Below are positions 1 through 10,791 of a stretch of DNA of 64,000 nt, one piece after another. The notes under the pieces were generated by a model that ran no database searches, was not told the DNA's origin, and saw only the letters and a program-made list of their open reading frames with translations. The position numbers and the translations under genes are program-made. Each line of letters starts with the position of its first letter. The first letter of the stretch is position 1. Source of the DNA: Nostoc sp. (GTDB lineage Bacteria > Cyanobacteriota > Cyanobacteriia > Cyanobacteriales > Nostocaceae); contig JBALDB010000039.1 in the NCBI GenBank assembly GCA_036918135.1, positions 88,068 to 152,067 of the forward strand, read 5' to 3'.

Positions 1-92
1 TGATGAATGCGCCAAGAACTGGCTTTGAGTTTCCCTCGTGAGGGAAATTCTATAGTCGGGAGTTCGTCTGTTGATGGTTCTGACGCTGACAC
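1..92 (-). CDS. Possible 5' end of a gene running off the window (sensor kinase-like N-terminus, VSASEPSTDELPTIEFPSRGKLKASSWRIH...)
   Basis: Open minus-strand frame from a GTG at 92 to the window edge; start and frame uncertain (an alternative open frame starts at ATG 144 behind AGGAGG). Confidence 0.25.
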   Translation of the reverse strand, partial: MSASEPSTDELPTIEFPSRGKLKASSWRIH

Positions 93-894
93 TTCTTTGC
101 TTTCTGAACTGCTGTTGATAGAGGTTGGCTTTTGAAGTTGGCATTTCTCAAACCTCCTTGCCTTCCCGCAAACATCACCAAATCAGTCTAGCTTGTGCAA
201 ACACTTCAACGGTGATTAACATCTAGATTATCCTCTTTTATAGCAAGAGCAAATCATTACTCACTAGATAATTAGCATAAGCTTATGCTATGGACTAGGG
301 ACACTTCGACATAGTTCGACTCCGCTCACTAGCCGCTTAGTGCATCGTTGGGGATTGAGGACTGGGGATTAGCAAAATTTGCAATATCCACAATCCAATC
401 TCTAACGTGCATATCATAAAACCGTTTTAAAGTCTAGTATACGCGAACACAGAAAAACTCATATTACGTATTAATATCAATACCAATGCGCTGATTAAGC
501 ATCCCGCCTTAAGATAGCTTTAATATGGAATCTAATCGACTTTTAAGCTTATATAAATGAGAAGTGGATTGATTTTTGCATGATTTGTACTTAGATTTAG
601 TACGATTATGAGCAAATGACACGGGATCGGATAATCTACAACCTGAGGATTCTAGCTGATGATAAAAAATACAACTCAGAAAGTTGATTATAATACATTT
701 TGCTGCCTTTTGAGTTATATCCTCCTACTGACTTTCTACCTTGTAGTTGATGCAGTAGATATTACGGGGCAATTATGGTTATAGGATACTAAAACCGTTT
801 TCTGCTCTTGACCCAATTGTAGTGGAGTGTATTACCTAATCAACAGCCTTTCGGTTGTAATCATCGAGATTAGAAAAACTCAACTCTCAAATTT

Positions 895-1344
895 ATGGAA
901 GTGAAAATGCCAGAACAAGAATTTACGGAAACCACATCTAAAGAGGCTACAGTGCCAGAAATCAACTCTCAAACGGGAACTATAACCAAACTCCAGCCGC
1001 CAGCGCAGCCTCAAGATGAATGGCTAAAATACGGAGAGCAAATTTCTAGCTTTTTAGCAACATTGCCCGAATATGTAGCAATCTTCTTTAATCGATATAA
1101 GCAGCCTCTGGTTACCATTGGTTTAATTTTGGGAGCGATTGTTGGGGTTAAAGTACTCTTAGCGGTATTAGATGCTTTGAATGATATTCCCTTAGTAGCT
1201 CCTACTTTTGAGTTGATTGGTATTGGTTACTCTGCTTGGTTTATTTACCGCTATTTACTCAAAGCCTCAACAAGGAAAGAGTTAACCAGTGAAATCACTA
1301 CTCTTAAATCACAAGTTGTCGGTAAAGAAATTCCAGAAGCTTAA
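895..1344 (+). CDS. curT: CAAD-domain / CURT1-like thylakoid curvature protein
   Basis: Acidic N-terminus, two hydrophobic helices, LDALNDIPLVAPTFELIGIGYSAWFIYRYLL..R.EL motif typical of CAAD/CURT1. Confidence 0.88.
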   Translation: MEVKMPEQEFTETTSKEATVPEINSQTGTITKLQPPAQPQDEWLKYGEQISSFLATLPEYVAIFFNRYKQPLVTIGLILGAIVGVKVLLAVLDALNDIPLVAPTFELIGIGYSAWFIYRYLLKASTRKELTSEITTLKSQVVGKEIPEA

Positions 1345-1718
1345 TATCTGAACTATCGCTTCTCCTGCAAAGATGTCACGCTATTGCTAAGCGTAGCCTC
1401 TTTTGTGGGAGAAGTTTTGCTCTAAATAAACCCAAGCTGGTCGGGTTGTACAACAAGGAACTTTTGAAGAACTAGCTGCTGTTGAGGTTTATTTGCCCAG
1501 TTAATGGCTCGCCAAATGGCGTAGAAAACCAGAAAACCGCCCCCCAGCTCCTTACCCCCTGCGGTCTTAATCATAAGTCTTTCACCCAGACACGATATCA
1601 TCTCCTCATCCCCCACTTTCCCTAAGACAGTCTGTCAAAGATTTTTTAATTATGTGGAGAATACAGAGAAGGCATTACTTAGGGTAAATTACACTAAAGT
1701 CTTAAATGGAGATTGTCG

Positions 1719-2498
1719 ATGCAACTTCTCGAATTTCCTCGTGTTGCAGTCATTGCTGGAGAAAATGCGGTTCGCGTTTCTCAACTACCCCCTATATGGC
1801 AAGAGATTGCGAGAGGAACCACGAGTGTGGGACTTTCCCATCCCCAAACTTATGTTGAAATGGCACAGTTGTTTCTATACAAGTTAGAGCATGGTGATGT
1901 TGATTTGTTTAGCGATCGCCCCCAACTAGCTCACTTAATACCGTCATTCTCCCAAATTTTTGCACAGCTAGCGTGGGAAACCCTAGAATTTTTTGGACAA
2001 GACTTTAACAAACACAGCTATCCAAATTTTACAGAAATTCTCCGCGATGTGGAATCAAAGGGAATCGAGTATGCCGAGCAAGTAAAAGTAGCTCGTATAG
2101 GTATAGACTTATTCAATGAATTTGGCTATGAACTGCCTGCTAGCTTCTATCACGTACATTTAGCACCAATTTATCGGGATCATATTTTTGAAGAACGCGC
2201 TTTACGATTTGACCCCCGTGATATAGAACACAAACGTGCTTGGGATGCCATACTCCATGCAGGCAAGGTATTTGCCATTCAAATGAAAGTGCAAAGCATT
2301 GCCTCAAAATATGGTTTTACCTATCAACATGGTTGCGGTTGCAACTCTCACCTATCTTCCATCGATCCTGCACGTGGGGCGTTTGAGTATGAATTGAGTC
2401 CCGAAAAGCGCCAGCGATGGCTTCGCAGTTTCATCTGGACTGCTTGGTATGAGTATGCCTTCTTTGCGCTCGTACCTAATACGAGTTATTTGGTGTAA
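1719..2498 (+). CDS. Hypothetical protein with HGCGCNSH motif
   Basis: 259-aa ORF; ATG 1719 preceded by GGAG; no family recognised. Confidence 0.75.
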   Translation: MQLLEFPRVAVIAGENAVRVSQLPPIWQEIARGTTSVGLSHPQTYVEMAQLFLYKLEHGDVDLFSDRPQLAHLIPSFSQIFAQLAWETLEFFGQDFNKHSYPNFTEILRDVESKGIEYAEQVKVARIGIDLFNEFGYELPASFYHVHLAPIYRDHIFEERALRFDPRDIEHKRAWDAILHAGKVFAIQMKVQSIASKYGFTYQHGCGCNSHLSSIDPARGAFEYELSPEKRQRWLRSFIWTAWYEYAFFALVPNTSYLV

Positions 2499-2499
2499 A

Positions 2500-2602
2500 A
2501 GGGACTAGGGAGGTGGGGAGATGAGGGAGATGGGGCAGAGGGCGGGGGAGAAAATTTTCCCCTCTGCTCCCTGCTCCCTGCCTCTTCCCATGCCCGATGC
2601 CC
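2500..2602. repeat. Short tandem heptamer-like repeats (GGGAGAT, CCCTGCT) forming an inverted arrangement between convergent genes
   Basis: gggagatgagggagatgggg ... ctgctccctgctccctgcc; typical Nostocales STRR-like repeats. Confidence 0.6.
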
Positions 2603-2604
2603 TT

Positions 2605-3135
2605 TTAGACATTCTCATCCAAAATTGTCCCCTCTATATTTGCCCCCTCCAAATTTGCTCCGTTTAAATTTGCCTGATTTAAATCTGCTTCGGTAAGATC
2701 TGCTTGGGATAAGTCGGCTACGGTTAAATCTGCGCCACTCAAATCGGCTCCATTTAAATTTGCAGCAATTAAGCTTGCTTCCTGTAACTCCGCCTCACTC
2801 AAGTTAGTTTCAATTAGCTTGGCAACCGTCAAATCAGCGTGACTCAAATTAGCTCCATCCAAATTTGCTCCTTCCAAGATAGCGCCATCCATAATCGCTC
2901 CAGATAAGTTGCTACCACTGAGGTTGGCATTGCTCAAATCTGCTCCATTCAAGTCTGCCTCAATCAAACTAGTTTGCGCTAAATTGGCGTGACTCAAATT
3001 AGCTCCATCCAAGATGGCTCTATCTAAAATTGCACCTTTGAGGTTTACTTCCCTAAGGTTTGCCTCACTCAAATTGACAGCAGTAAAATCTCTTATACCT
3101 GCGGCGTAATTTTTCAGGAGTTGTTCTGTATTCAT
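2605..3135 (-). CDS. Pentapeptide repeat protein
   Basis: Continuous A(N/D)LxG/ExA pentapeptide repeats; N-terminal LLKNYAAGIRDF motif. Confidence 0.95.
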   Translation of the reverse strand: MNTEQLLKNYAAGIRDFTAVNLSEANLREVNLKGAILDRAILDGANLSHANLAQTSLIEADLNGADLSNANLSGSNLSGAIMDGAILEGANLDGANLSHADLTVAKLIETNLSEAELQEASLIAANLNGADLSGADLTVADLSQADLTEADLNQANLNGANLEGANIEGTILDENV

Positions 3136-3399
3136 ATCTGTTTTGCGTCTGTTGCTCTGCTAAAGAACGTTGAATTGAAGCTATTCAAATGGGCAGGAAT
3201 CCCCAGCACGCGCTACGGAAGCTCTAGATGTGGAGTAGGTACAAAGTTACCTGTCCCTACTTTAGCCATTTTGAACTGCTGGTGCTACTACCGAGAGTTG
3301 TGAATTACTCTCATACTTGAGAGAGATGTTTAGGAATTATTTAAGCATTTATGCCAAGCGATCGCTATACTCTATTGTGGTATTCGTCTGGCAGAGGTT

Positions 3400-4290
3400 A
3401 TGGCAAAACCAATTCGTATTCTTTTGCAGACTACAATTCCTACGACTGAAAATGATTGGAGTATTTTTCGTTTCTCGTTGTTGCAAGATTACTTAGCATC
3501 AATTAAAGATGAAGCGGGAAATTCTTTATTTGAAGTCACAGGACGCGATTACGAATCAGATACAGTAGATGGTGACCCAATATTAAGTACTCTCGACAAA
3601 TCAGATTTTGATGAACTTTGGCTATTTGGTTTAGAAGTAAATCATGGTTTAACCGAAAAGGATATTGCCGGAATTAATGCTTTTCGGCAACGCGGTGGTG
3701 GGATTCTAACAACACGCGATCATCAAGATATGGGTTATTCGATGTGCGGTTTAATTGACATTGGTGATGTCCATTATTTCAACACAAAAAACCCCGATCC
3801 CGATGAATCTCGCTGGAGCCGAGATGATTCATACACCACTTATATCTCCTGGCCTAATTATCATTCTGGGGCTAACGGTGATTATCAAAAAATTACCATT
3901 GTTGAACCGATTCACGAACTTTTCAAAAATCCCAATTCCCCTTCGGGACATATCGAATTGTTTCCATCGCATCCCCACGAAGGCGGTATTGGTGCGCCTG
4001 TGGGCAATGATAATGTGCGGGTAATTGCCTTAGGGAAAAGTTTAGTGACTAATCGTAAGTTCAATCTTGTTGTAGTGATTGAGCATCATCAGGATCGACA
4101 AGGAAATACACTAGGACGAGCAGTAGCTAATTCCAGCTTCCACCATCTAGTAGATTACAACTGGGATATTGAAAAAGGCTGTCCCACTTTTGTAGATGAA
4201 GCACCAGGAGATGGTATGAAAAAAGAGCCACGCGCTTTGGAAGATATCAAAACCTATGTGCGTAATGTCGCTTTCTGGCTAGCAAATTAA
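3400..4290 (+). CDS. Conserved hypothetical protein (possibly class I glutamine amidotransferase-like fold)
   Basis: 296-aa ORF with GAGG RBS; FDELWLF...FRQRGGGILTTRDH and C-terminal YVRNVAFWLA pattern; fold call is tentative. Confidence 0.7.
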   Translation: MAKPIRILLQTTIPTTENDWSIFRFSLLQDYLASIKDEAGNSLFEVTGRDYESDTVDGDPILSTLDKSDFDELWLFGLEVNHGLTEKDIAGINAFRQRGGGILTTRDHQDMGYSMCGLIDIGDVHYFNTKNPDPDESRWSRDDSYTTYISWPNYHSGANGDYQKITIVEPIHELFKNPNSPSGHIELFPSHPHEGGIGAPVGNDNVRVIALGKSLVTNRKFNLVVVIEHHQDRQGNTLGRAVANSSFHHLVDYNWDIEKGCPTFVDEAPGDGMKKEPRALEDIKTYVRNVAFWLAN

Positions 4291-4602
4291 TTTAAAAGGG
4301 TGTGGGGTGTGGAAACCCACGCGCAAATAGTAGGATTGAAATAAGAACGCCGTATTTCATCGCACTACGTGTCTCGAAATACATCTTTTTTTTGGAGCGG
4401 CTCTTACCCACCCCGAATGAGGATCTTTCTCTTCCCCTACACCCACAAAGTTCTGGGATTAGGGACTGAATTCTTACCCCCAGTAGCCAATGTCTAATCT
4501 TCAGTCCCTTTTACATACTCAATACAAATTGTAGGTACACAGTCGAAACTCGCTTTCTGCCTTGTTTAAGTACCCAAGGAAGCAAATAGTAATTCTCTGG
4601 TT

Positions 4603-5400
4603 TTAGGTTACTATAGGCAGCTGCCCTAAAGTATTCTCTAAATTAGAACTATCATCACATAAAAGTTTCATTACCTCATCTTTATATTTCTGAAATATGG
4701 GATAACGCTTGATTTGAGGATCGTATTTACTCGGCAATTGAATTTGCAATTCTTGCTTAATAGTTCCTGGTAGCGAGCTGAATACATAAATGCGTTGAGA
4801 TAGAAAAATTGCTTCCTCAACATCATGAGTAATCAGAAAAATCGTAGTATTTGTGTTCTGCCAAATTTCTAATAGAAATTGCTGCATTACTTCTTTAGTC
4901 TGCACATCTAACGCCCCAAAGGGTTCATCCATAAGTAAAATTTTAGGTTTAGATGCTAAAGCGCGAGCGATCGCCACGCGTTGTTTCATCCCACCAGAAA
5001 GTTCCTGCGGTAGCGCCTTGGCAAATCGTGACAACCCCACCATTTCTAAATAATAAGCAGCTTGTTGTCTTCTGAGTACTTTCGGTACACCTTGTAGCTT
5101 TAAGCCAAATTCTACATTTTCTAGTGCATTCATCCAGGGATAGAGAGTGTAGCTTTGAAATACCATACCGCGATCGCACCCCGGCCCTGTGACGCGTATC
5201 CCATCAACCAGGATCTCTCCCCCTGTTGGAGTTTCTAACCCTGCAATTAACCGCAGTAAAGTTGATTTACCACAACCACTTGCTCCTACTGCACAAACAA
5301 ATTCACCTTCTTCTACATGCAAACTAATATTTTTAAGTACAGTCAAGGAACCGCGTCTAGTTTGAAATTGTTTGTGGAGTTGATTAACTTCTAAATGCAT
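4603..5400 (-). CDS. ABC transporter ATP-binding subunit, NitT/TauT family (putative guanidine importer)
   Basis: Walker A GASGCGKS, LSGGMKQR signature, LLMDEPF Walker B, H-loop; operon context. Confidence 0.93.
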   Translation of the reverse strand: MHLEVNQLHKQFQTRRGSLTVLKNISLHVEEGEFVCAVGASGCGKSTLLRLIAGLETPTGGEILVDGIRVTGPGCDRGMVFQSYTLYPWMNALENVEFGLKLQGVPKVLRRQQAAYYLEMVGLSRFAKALPQELSGGMKQRVAIARALASKPKILLMDEPFGALDVQTKEVMQQFLLEIWQNTNTTIFLITHDVEEAIFLSQRIYVFSSLPGTIKQELQIQLPSKYDPQIKRYPIFQKYKDEVMKLLCDDSSNLENTLGQLPIVT

Positions 5401-5442
5401 AAAAAGCCAATTCTTAAATGGAAATTTTTTATCTTTAATATC

Positions 5443-6291
5443 TTAATCTTTAGCCCACCTACAACATACACGTAGTAACAAGCGAAACAAAAGGTCAATT
5501 GCTAACCCAATTAAGCCAATTACAATTAATCCAGCAAAAATTTCATCTGTTTTTAGATATCTTTGAGCAACACTAATCCTACGACCTAAACCTTCTGTTG
5601 CTGCTACTAATTCTGAAACAATTACTAAATTCCAAGATGCTGCTATGTTAACACGACAAGCATCAATAATATTGGGGAGAATAAATGGTAAAATTACTTG
5701 TAATAAAACTTGTTTTCTTTGACCTCCTAAAGTGTAAGTACTTTCCAACAAATGCTGAGGAACAAATTTCACTGCATCCATCACCATTAAGGTGTTAAAA
5801 AATAGTGTGCCGATAAAAATCAGCATAATTTTTGGAGTTTCTCCCAGTCCAAAATATAAAATTAGTAAAGGAATAAAAGCTGGGGCTGGCATATAACGTA
5901 CAATGCCAATGATTGGTTCTAATAATGCCCTAATACTAGCAAAAGTCCCCATTAAAGTACCTAAAGGAATGGAAACAATTGCCGCTAGGGAAAAACCAGC
6001 TATCACTCGAAACAAGCTAAAAACAATGTCTTTTTGTAAATCACCACTTACTGAAAGTCTTTGAAATGCACCCCAGACTTGATTAGGGGTAGGCAAAAAT
6101 AAAGATGAAATTAATCCAGTATTAGAAACAACCCACCACAAAAGTATCGGGATCGTGATAGACAAGAACATCAAAGTCCAAGCTAAATTTTGGGGAATAT
6201 CCTCAGCAATGCGCCAAAAAATCGTTTGTGGTAACATTTTTTGAGGAAGCTGAGAATTTAATTTCTTCAAGTCTTGAGTGTGTTGGTTCAT
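5443..6291 (-). CDS. ABC transporter permease, NitT/TauT family
   Basis: Multiple TM helices, EAA-like loop LLESTYTLGG, VSELVAATEGLG motif; 4-bp overlap with the upstream gene. Confidence 0.92.
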   Translation of the reverse strand: MNQHTQDLKKLNSQLPQKMLPQTIFWRIAEDIPQNLAWTLMFLSITIPILLWWVVSNTGLISSLFLPTPNQVWGAFQRLSVSGDLQKDIVFSLFRVIAGFSLAAIVSIPLGTLMGTFASIRALLEPIIGIVRYMPAPAFIPLLILYFGLGETPKIMLIFIGTLFFNTLMVMDAVKFVPQHLLESTYTLGGQRKQVLLQVILPFILPNIIDACRVNIAASWNLVIVSELVAATEGLGRRISVAQRYLKTDEIFAGLIVIGLIGLAIDLLFRLLLRVCCRWAKD

Positions 6292-7325
6292 GATTTCTGC
6301 TTCGCGGCGTAGGCTTTTACAAAGCGGTCATCAAAGATTTGATTCAGATTAGGTGCTTGTTTTGTCAAACCAGCCTCAACAAGAAATTTGCTAATTCTAC
6401 CAGCAGCATAACTCAATGATTTCATGTCATTACCAGGACTAAAAGCTTGCAAATTTTCTTCTATAGAAAAGATTTTAGTACCTGCATCGTATGCCTTATA
6501 TTCTGCAACTGATACACCAGCGCGTTTTGCCATAACTTCATAAGCTTTGCCTGAGTTGGCTTTGATAAAATCTAGAGTAGCAAACCAAGTATTCACTAAA
6601 GCTTGTACATCTTGTGGACGTTCGTTAATGAGTTTGCGGCTGACAACTAAATGGTCAGGAATCGCACCAGGAAAGTCTTTAGAACTAAATAATTCTTTAC
6701 TACCAGAACGTGATAAAGCTTTTGTAGTGAAAGGTGCAAAAACTCCAACTGCATCAACTTGACCCGCTACAAAAGCAGCTGCGGCTGCACCTGTTTCTAG
6801 TGGCTGAAACTGAATATCAGCTTGAGTTAAACCTACTTTCGATAAACCAAGTAATAACAGAAAATGGTCAACTGTTCCTTCTTCAGCAGCAACTTTCTTA
6901 CCTTTTAAGTCAGTAATACTATTGATTCCTTCTCGGACAATAATTTTGTCATTACCAGTTGAATTATCATTGACTAAAACAATTACTTGATCTGAACCTG
7001 CTGCTACTGAGCTAATGGTATCATTCAAAGTTTGGGTATTGGCATTCAGTTGATCGGCTCGTAAAGCATTAATAGAATCTAAGTACCCATCAAACCATTT
7101 TAAATCTACATTAACTTTGTTTGTCTCAAATAACTTTTGCTCTTGGGAAACTTGCCAAGGAAACCAACCAGGCCAAGCACTAAAACCGACCTGGATTGGT
7201 GCAGTATTAACTGAAGTTTTGGAATTTTGCGGTGTATTAGTTTCGGGATTTCGCGTACAACTGACTGCGATAACAAGCGTGAGTAAAAAGATTGTGAGTA
7301 GAGATGATAGCTTACGAATATTCAT
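6288..7325 (-). CDS. ABC transporter substrate-binding lipoprotein (putative guanidine-binding)
   Basis: Lipobox IAVSC; WPGW, DLKGKKVA motifs of NitT/TauT/SsuA-type binding proteins. Confidence 0.9.
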   Translation of the reverse strand: MNIRKLSSLLTIFLLTLVIAVSCTRNPETNTPQNSKTSVNTAPIQVGFSAWPGWFPWQVSQEQKLFETNKVNVDLKWFDGYLDSINALRADQLNANTQTLNDTISSVAAGSDQVIVLVNDNSTGNDKIIVREGINSITDLKGKKVAAEEGTVDHFLLLLGLSKVGLTQADIQFQPLETGAAAAAFVAGQVDAVGVFAPFTTKALSRSGSKELFSSKDFPGAIPDHLVVSRKLINERPQDVQALVNTWFATLDFIKANSGKAYEVMAKRAGVSVAEYKAYDAGTKIFSIEENLQAFSPGNDMKSLSYAAGRISKFLVEAGLTKQAPNLNQIFDDRFVKAYAAKQKS

Positions 7326-7544
7326 TGTATTTACCTTTAACTTACGCTTTGTTAGTAGGTCGAATGAAAAAATATTTGCTTATAAATTTTATGCATTTAT
7401 CTAATATCTAGTTAATCAAATTTAAACTTATTTGATAAGTCGAGGCTCTAAATTTTTATAAACGATTTAGGATTGCTATAATCATTTATAATCGGCAGGT
7501 GAAACAACATTGAGAATTGCTGCTGTAGATGTAGAATTTTGTTG

Positions 7545-8243
7545 TTACTGCAAAACTTGTGATGTCTCTCGATTCACCACTACCTGTCTACGCACCCAAT
7601 TAAACCAAATTTCTAATCCTTCGTCTGTTTTAGTAGAAATAGGAATAATTTCAACATCGGGATTCATTTGACGGACGTTTGCTTCAATGCGGCTAATATC
7701 AATATCTAAATAAGGAGCCAAATCTGTTTTTGTAATCAGCAAACAATCAGCTTCTTGAAACATAATTGGATATTTCAGTGGTTTATCTTCGCCTTCAGTA
7801 ATGCTTAATAAAGCAACTTTGGTGTGTTCTCCCACTTCAAATTCAGCAGGACAAACTAAATTACCAACATTCTCCACCAGCACTAAATCAAAGTCAAAAG
7901 GATTGTATTCGTGTTCTAGTCGATGAATTCCACCTGCTACCATTTGGGAATCCAAATGACAAGAACGACCTGTATTAATTGCAATTACAGGAACACCGTA
8001 TTTTCGTAAGCGTTCTGCATCTAATTCCGTTGTCATATCTCCTTCAATGACAGCAATTTTAAATTCATTATTTAAAGCTACAAGGGTGCTTTCTAGTAGT
8101 GCTGTTTTTCCTGCACCAGGACTACTCATAATGTTGAAACAAGTGATTCCCCATTCGTCAAAATGCGCTCGGTTATGGTCAGCGCCTTGTTGATTAGCAT
8201 GGAGTAAGTTAATTCCTAATGCTACGTCAAATGTTTGATGCAT
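7545..8243 (-). CDS. hypB: HypB-like nickel-insertion GTPase (guanidine hydrolase maturase, GhaB-like)
   Basis: [37 protein letters not shown] motifs; start reassigned to ATG 8243. Confidence 0.92.
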   Translation of the reverse strand: MHQTFDVALGINLLHANQQGADHNRAHFDEWGITCFNIMSSPGAGKTALLESTLVALNNEFKIAVIEGDMTTELDAERLRKYGVPVIAINTGRSCHLDSQMVAGGIHRLEHEYNPFDFDLVLVENVGNLVCPAEFEVGEHTKVALLSITEGEDKPLKYPIMFQEADCLLITKTDLAPYLDIDISRIEANVRQMNPDVEIIPISTKTDEGLEIWFNWVRRQVVVNRETSQVLQ

Positions 8244-8589
8244 AAGCACACTCAATCCTATCAATTTTTAACTCTCTACCTGAGCGAATATCCTCCATTG
8301 AAGAATTACACTCAGGACAGGTATACTGTAAACCTATTTGTGGTGAATATTCTTGTTGACAACGATGACAAAAGGCAATCAATGGTGTTTCTTGAATATT
8401 CAGTTTGACTTTTTCTAAAAAAGTATTACGGGTTTGCACTTCAAAAGCAAATTGCAAACTTGCAGGTTCAACACAAGTGAACTTACCAACAATTAAGTGA
8501 ACTTGAGAAATTTCTGGGCGTTCAGGTTGGGATTCCCACCAATCTTTGACTGTTAAGATTAGCGCTTTAGTCATATCGGTTTCGTGCAA
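8227..8589 (-). CDS. hypA: HypA-like nickel metallochaperone (GhaA-like)
   Basis: N-terminal MHE Ni-binding motif (TTG start), CxxC...CPxC zinc site, GREL. Confidence 0.92.
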   Translation of the reverse strand: MHETDMTKALILTVKDWWESQPERPEISQVHLIVGKFTCVEPASLQFAFEVQTRNTFLEKVKLNIQETPLIAFCHRCQQEYSPQIGLQYTCPECNSSMEDIRSGRELKIDRIECAYASNI

Positions 8590-8592
8590 AAC

Positions 8593-9786
8593 TCACCTCC
8601 ATTCCTCAATTAACTGTGGTTGTGCTGCGGGATGAATATATGCAGGTTTTGATTTACGCGGTAATTGACCGGAGACAACTAAATGTGCCATCGTATCACA
8701 AATTACCCGCGCTGCCATTAATGATGTCATATCGCTAATATCATAGGGTGGTGAAACTTCCACAACTTCCAGTCCACAAACTGGTGCATTTTGAACAATT
8801 TTGCCCAACAAATACAAGGCTTCACGCGGTAATAATCCACCGGGTTCGGGCCAACCAGTTCCCGGAACAAACCCAGCATCAATACAATCAATATCGAAAC
8901 TGATATAAACGCAATCTGTACCGTCTAATGCTCTTTCTAGAGCAAAGTTGACAGCTGCATCTAGCCCCATTTCTGTGATGTCCGTTACTGTTAAAATATT
9001 TGTAGCTCTTTCTCGACAAATTTTCACACCTTGACGCGGTACTTGCCAACCACCAATTCCTAATTGCACGAGGTTTTTTGCGGGTGCATTTTTAATATTT
9101 GTCGCATGAAACCAAGGACAAGTATGCATTCTTTCATCGAGGTCTGTTTCTTGGGTATCCACATGGCGATCGAAGTGAATAATCCCGACTTTTTTATCAC
9201 CTAAATGACGACAAACACCACGAACTGTCGGAAAGCCGATTGAATGATCGCCTCCCATAATTATTGGGAATGCACCAGAACTAAAGATATGTGCAATACC
9301 TTTGGAAATCTGGTCAAAGGACTTTTCATTATTAGCAGGAATAGTGAAAATGTCGCCAACATCACATAAAGTAATCTGCTCGCGCAAGTCTACACCGAAT
9401 TCAAAGTTATAGGGAGTGTATAATGCAGAGATTCGGCGAATTCCTTGGGGGCCAAAACGCGTTCCGGGTCGATAAGTAGTTCCAGAATCGTGCGGGACGC
9501 CGACAATAGCCACGTCATATTCACCAACTTTTCGCACATCTTCTAAATATGGTGCTTTCAAGAAAGTATTAATTCCAGCAAAGTGGGGTAGTTCTCCGCG
9601 AGAAAAGGTAGGAATTGAACGATCGCGTATGCTTTCTGCTGCTTCTAAGCCAAACTCTATTCCTCTAGAAACCTCCTGCTGCCAGCCTGTTAGCGGTAAA
9701 TTCGCTTCTTTTTCTAGCGCACGTCCTGCTTGCGTAGAATTTGGCTGAAAATGAGAATTAGGATCGGTAAAAGATTGTTCACTCAT
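8593..9786 (-). CDS. gdmH: Guanidine hydrolase (agmatinase/ureohydrolase family, Ni-dependent)
   Basis: GGDHS, DRHVD, SFDIDCID, PGTG motifs; N-terminal extension; context of guanidine-I riboswitch plus hypA/hypB and ABC importer. Confidence 0.85.
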   Translation of the reverse strand: MSEQSFTDPNSHFQPNSTQAGRALEKEANLPLTGWQQEVSRGIEFGLEAAESIRDRSIPTFSRGELPHFAGINTFLKAPYLEDVRKVGEYDVAIVGVPHDSGTTYRPGTRFGPQGIRRISALYTPYNFEFGVDLREQITLCDVGDIFTIPANNEKSFDQISKGIAHIFSSGAFPIIMGGDHSIGFPTVRGVCRHLGDKKVGIIHFDRHVDTQETDLDERMHTCPWFHATNIKNAPAKNLVQLGIGGWQVPRQGVKICRERATNILTVTDITEMGLDAAVNFALERALDGTDCVYISFDIDCIDAGFVPGTGWPEPGGLLPREALYLLGKIVQNAPVCGLEVVEVSPPYDISDMTSLMAARVICDTMAHLVVSGQLPRKSKPAYIHPAAQPQLIEEWR

Positions 9787-9820
9787 AATTTCGGGAAATC
9801 AAATTTGAAGATTTGCAAGG

Positions 9821-9877
9821 CAAAACTATAGCCCGGATAGCCATAACAGTTAATCTTCTGTTATGTATCTCCCGGGC
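9821..9877 (-). terminator. Riboswitch expression-platform terminator hairpin
   Basis: GCCCGG (9831-9836) pairs with CCGGGC (9872-9877), CATAACAG (9842-9849) with CTGTTATG (9858-9865); followed on the minus strand by TATAGTTTTG; overlaps the 3' end of the aptamer. Confidence 0.75.
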
Positions 9878-9975
9878 TTTTTTCCCGCCGTGTGACCAGT
9901 TGTTAACAAACTGGCTGCTTCTCTTGGACCAGTCATCTAACTTCAAAATGTTAAATCGGAACCCTAGAAGCTATT
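9867..9975 (-). ncRNA. Guanidine-I (ykkC-yxkD) riboswitch aptamer
   Basis: Minus strand reads CTTCTAGGGTTCCG...GACTGGTCCAAGAGAAG...CACACGGCGGGAAAAAAGCCCGGGAG, matching the ykkC consensus, upstream of gdmH. Confidence 0.92.
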
Positions 9976-10061
9976 AATTTTTATCCAATTGCTAATAGTC
10001 GCTTTTGCTTTTTGGTTTTTATACTCAAGTTTATACTTACCAAAAGGCATTGTAATAAAAA

Positions 10062-10075
10062 GTATCTAAAATTAC
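10062..10075. promoter_or_regulatory. Candidate NtcA binding site
   Basis: GTA-TCTAAAAT-TAC (GTA-N8-TAC) about 90 nt upstream of the riboswitch of a nitrogen-scavenging operon; no perfect -10 box at canonical spacing. Confidence 0.55.
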
Positions 10076-10290
10076 AAAAACCTCAAAATGTTCTTAACAT
10101 TCTCTGAATATAGTAGTTTGAAATATTTGCGCTGATTTACTTATCTGACTTTTCACCAAATCTCGAAAACCTCTCCCCTGCAAGGAAAGAGGCTTTAAAC
10201 TCTCCCCATTCCCTATTAGGAAAGGGGAAGTTAGATTTTGTGTTGACTTTGTTAATATGAGGTGAAAACTTAGATTTAGTTATTTTGTCT

Positions 10291-10671
10291 TCAAGACGAT
10301 CGCCAACTCAATGCTTCACTGATTTGTGCTGCTAGTTTTAGGGGACGAAAGGGCTTAGCAAAAACAGCAGCTACATCTAAGCCTGTGAAGCTATTGCGAT
10401 CCGAATCCTGGACTTTAGCTGTGAGTAAAATTACTGGAATTGACTGAGTTGCGGGATTAGCCTTGAGTTGTTGGAGCGTAGCACGCCCATCCATATCAGG
10501 CATCATCATATCTAATAAAATGACATCAAGTTTAAAGTTGGCAGCTATATTCAACGCTTCCCGACCAGAACAAGCTGTCAACACGTTCCAACCAGCACCC
10601 ATCTCTAATCCCAGTTTGGCGATCGCTTGCACATCTTCTTCATCATCAACAATCAAGATATTTCTGCTCAT
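10291..10671 (-). CDS. Single-domain response regulator (CheY-like receiver)
   Basis: ILIVDDE, ILLDMMMP, LLTA, KPF motifs. Confidence 0.93.
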   Translation of the reverse strand: MSRNILIVDDEEDVQAIAKLGLEMGAGWNVLTACSGREALNIAANFKLDVILLDMMMPDMDGRATLQQLKANPATQSIPVILLTAKVQDSDRNSFTGLDVAAVFAKPFRPLKLAAQISEALSWRSS

Positions 10672-10791
10672 TGTGTCACTTTCACATCATATATGATGCC
10701 GATTAACTTGATTCGTCTAGAATTATTCTAAAATGCAATCGGGTAAAAGTAGGGGAAAATTAGTCCTTTGTCCTTGGTAAATGACCAATGA

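Noticed and set aside
7545..8589. Hydrogenase maturation locus
   Set aside because: No hydrogenase or other hyp genes nearby; position within the riboswitch-controlled ureohydrolase operon indicates Ni delivery to guanidine hydrolase
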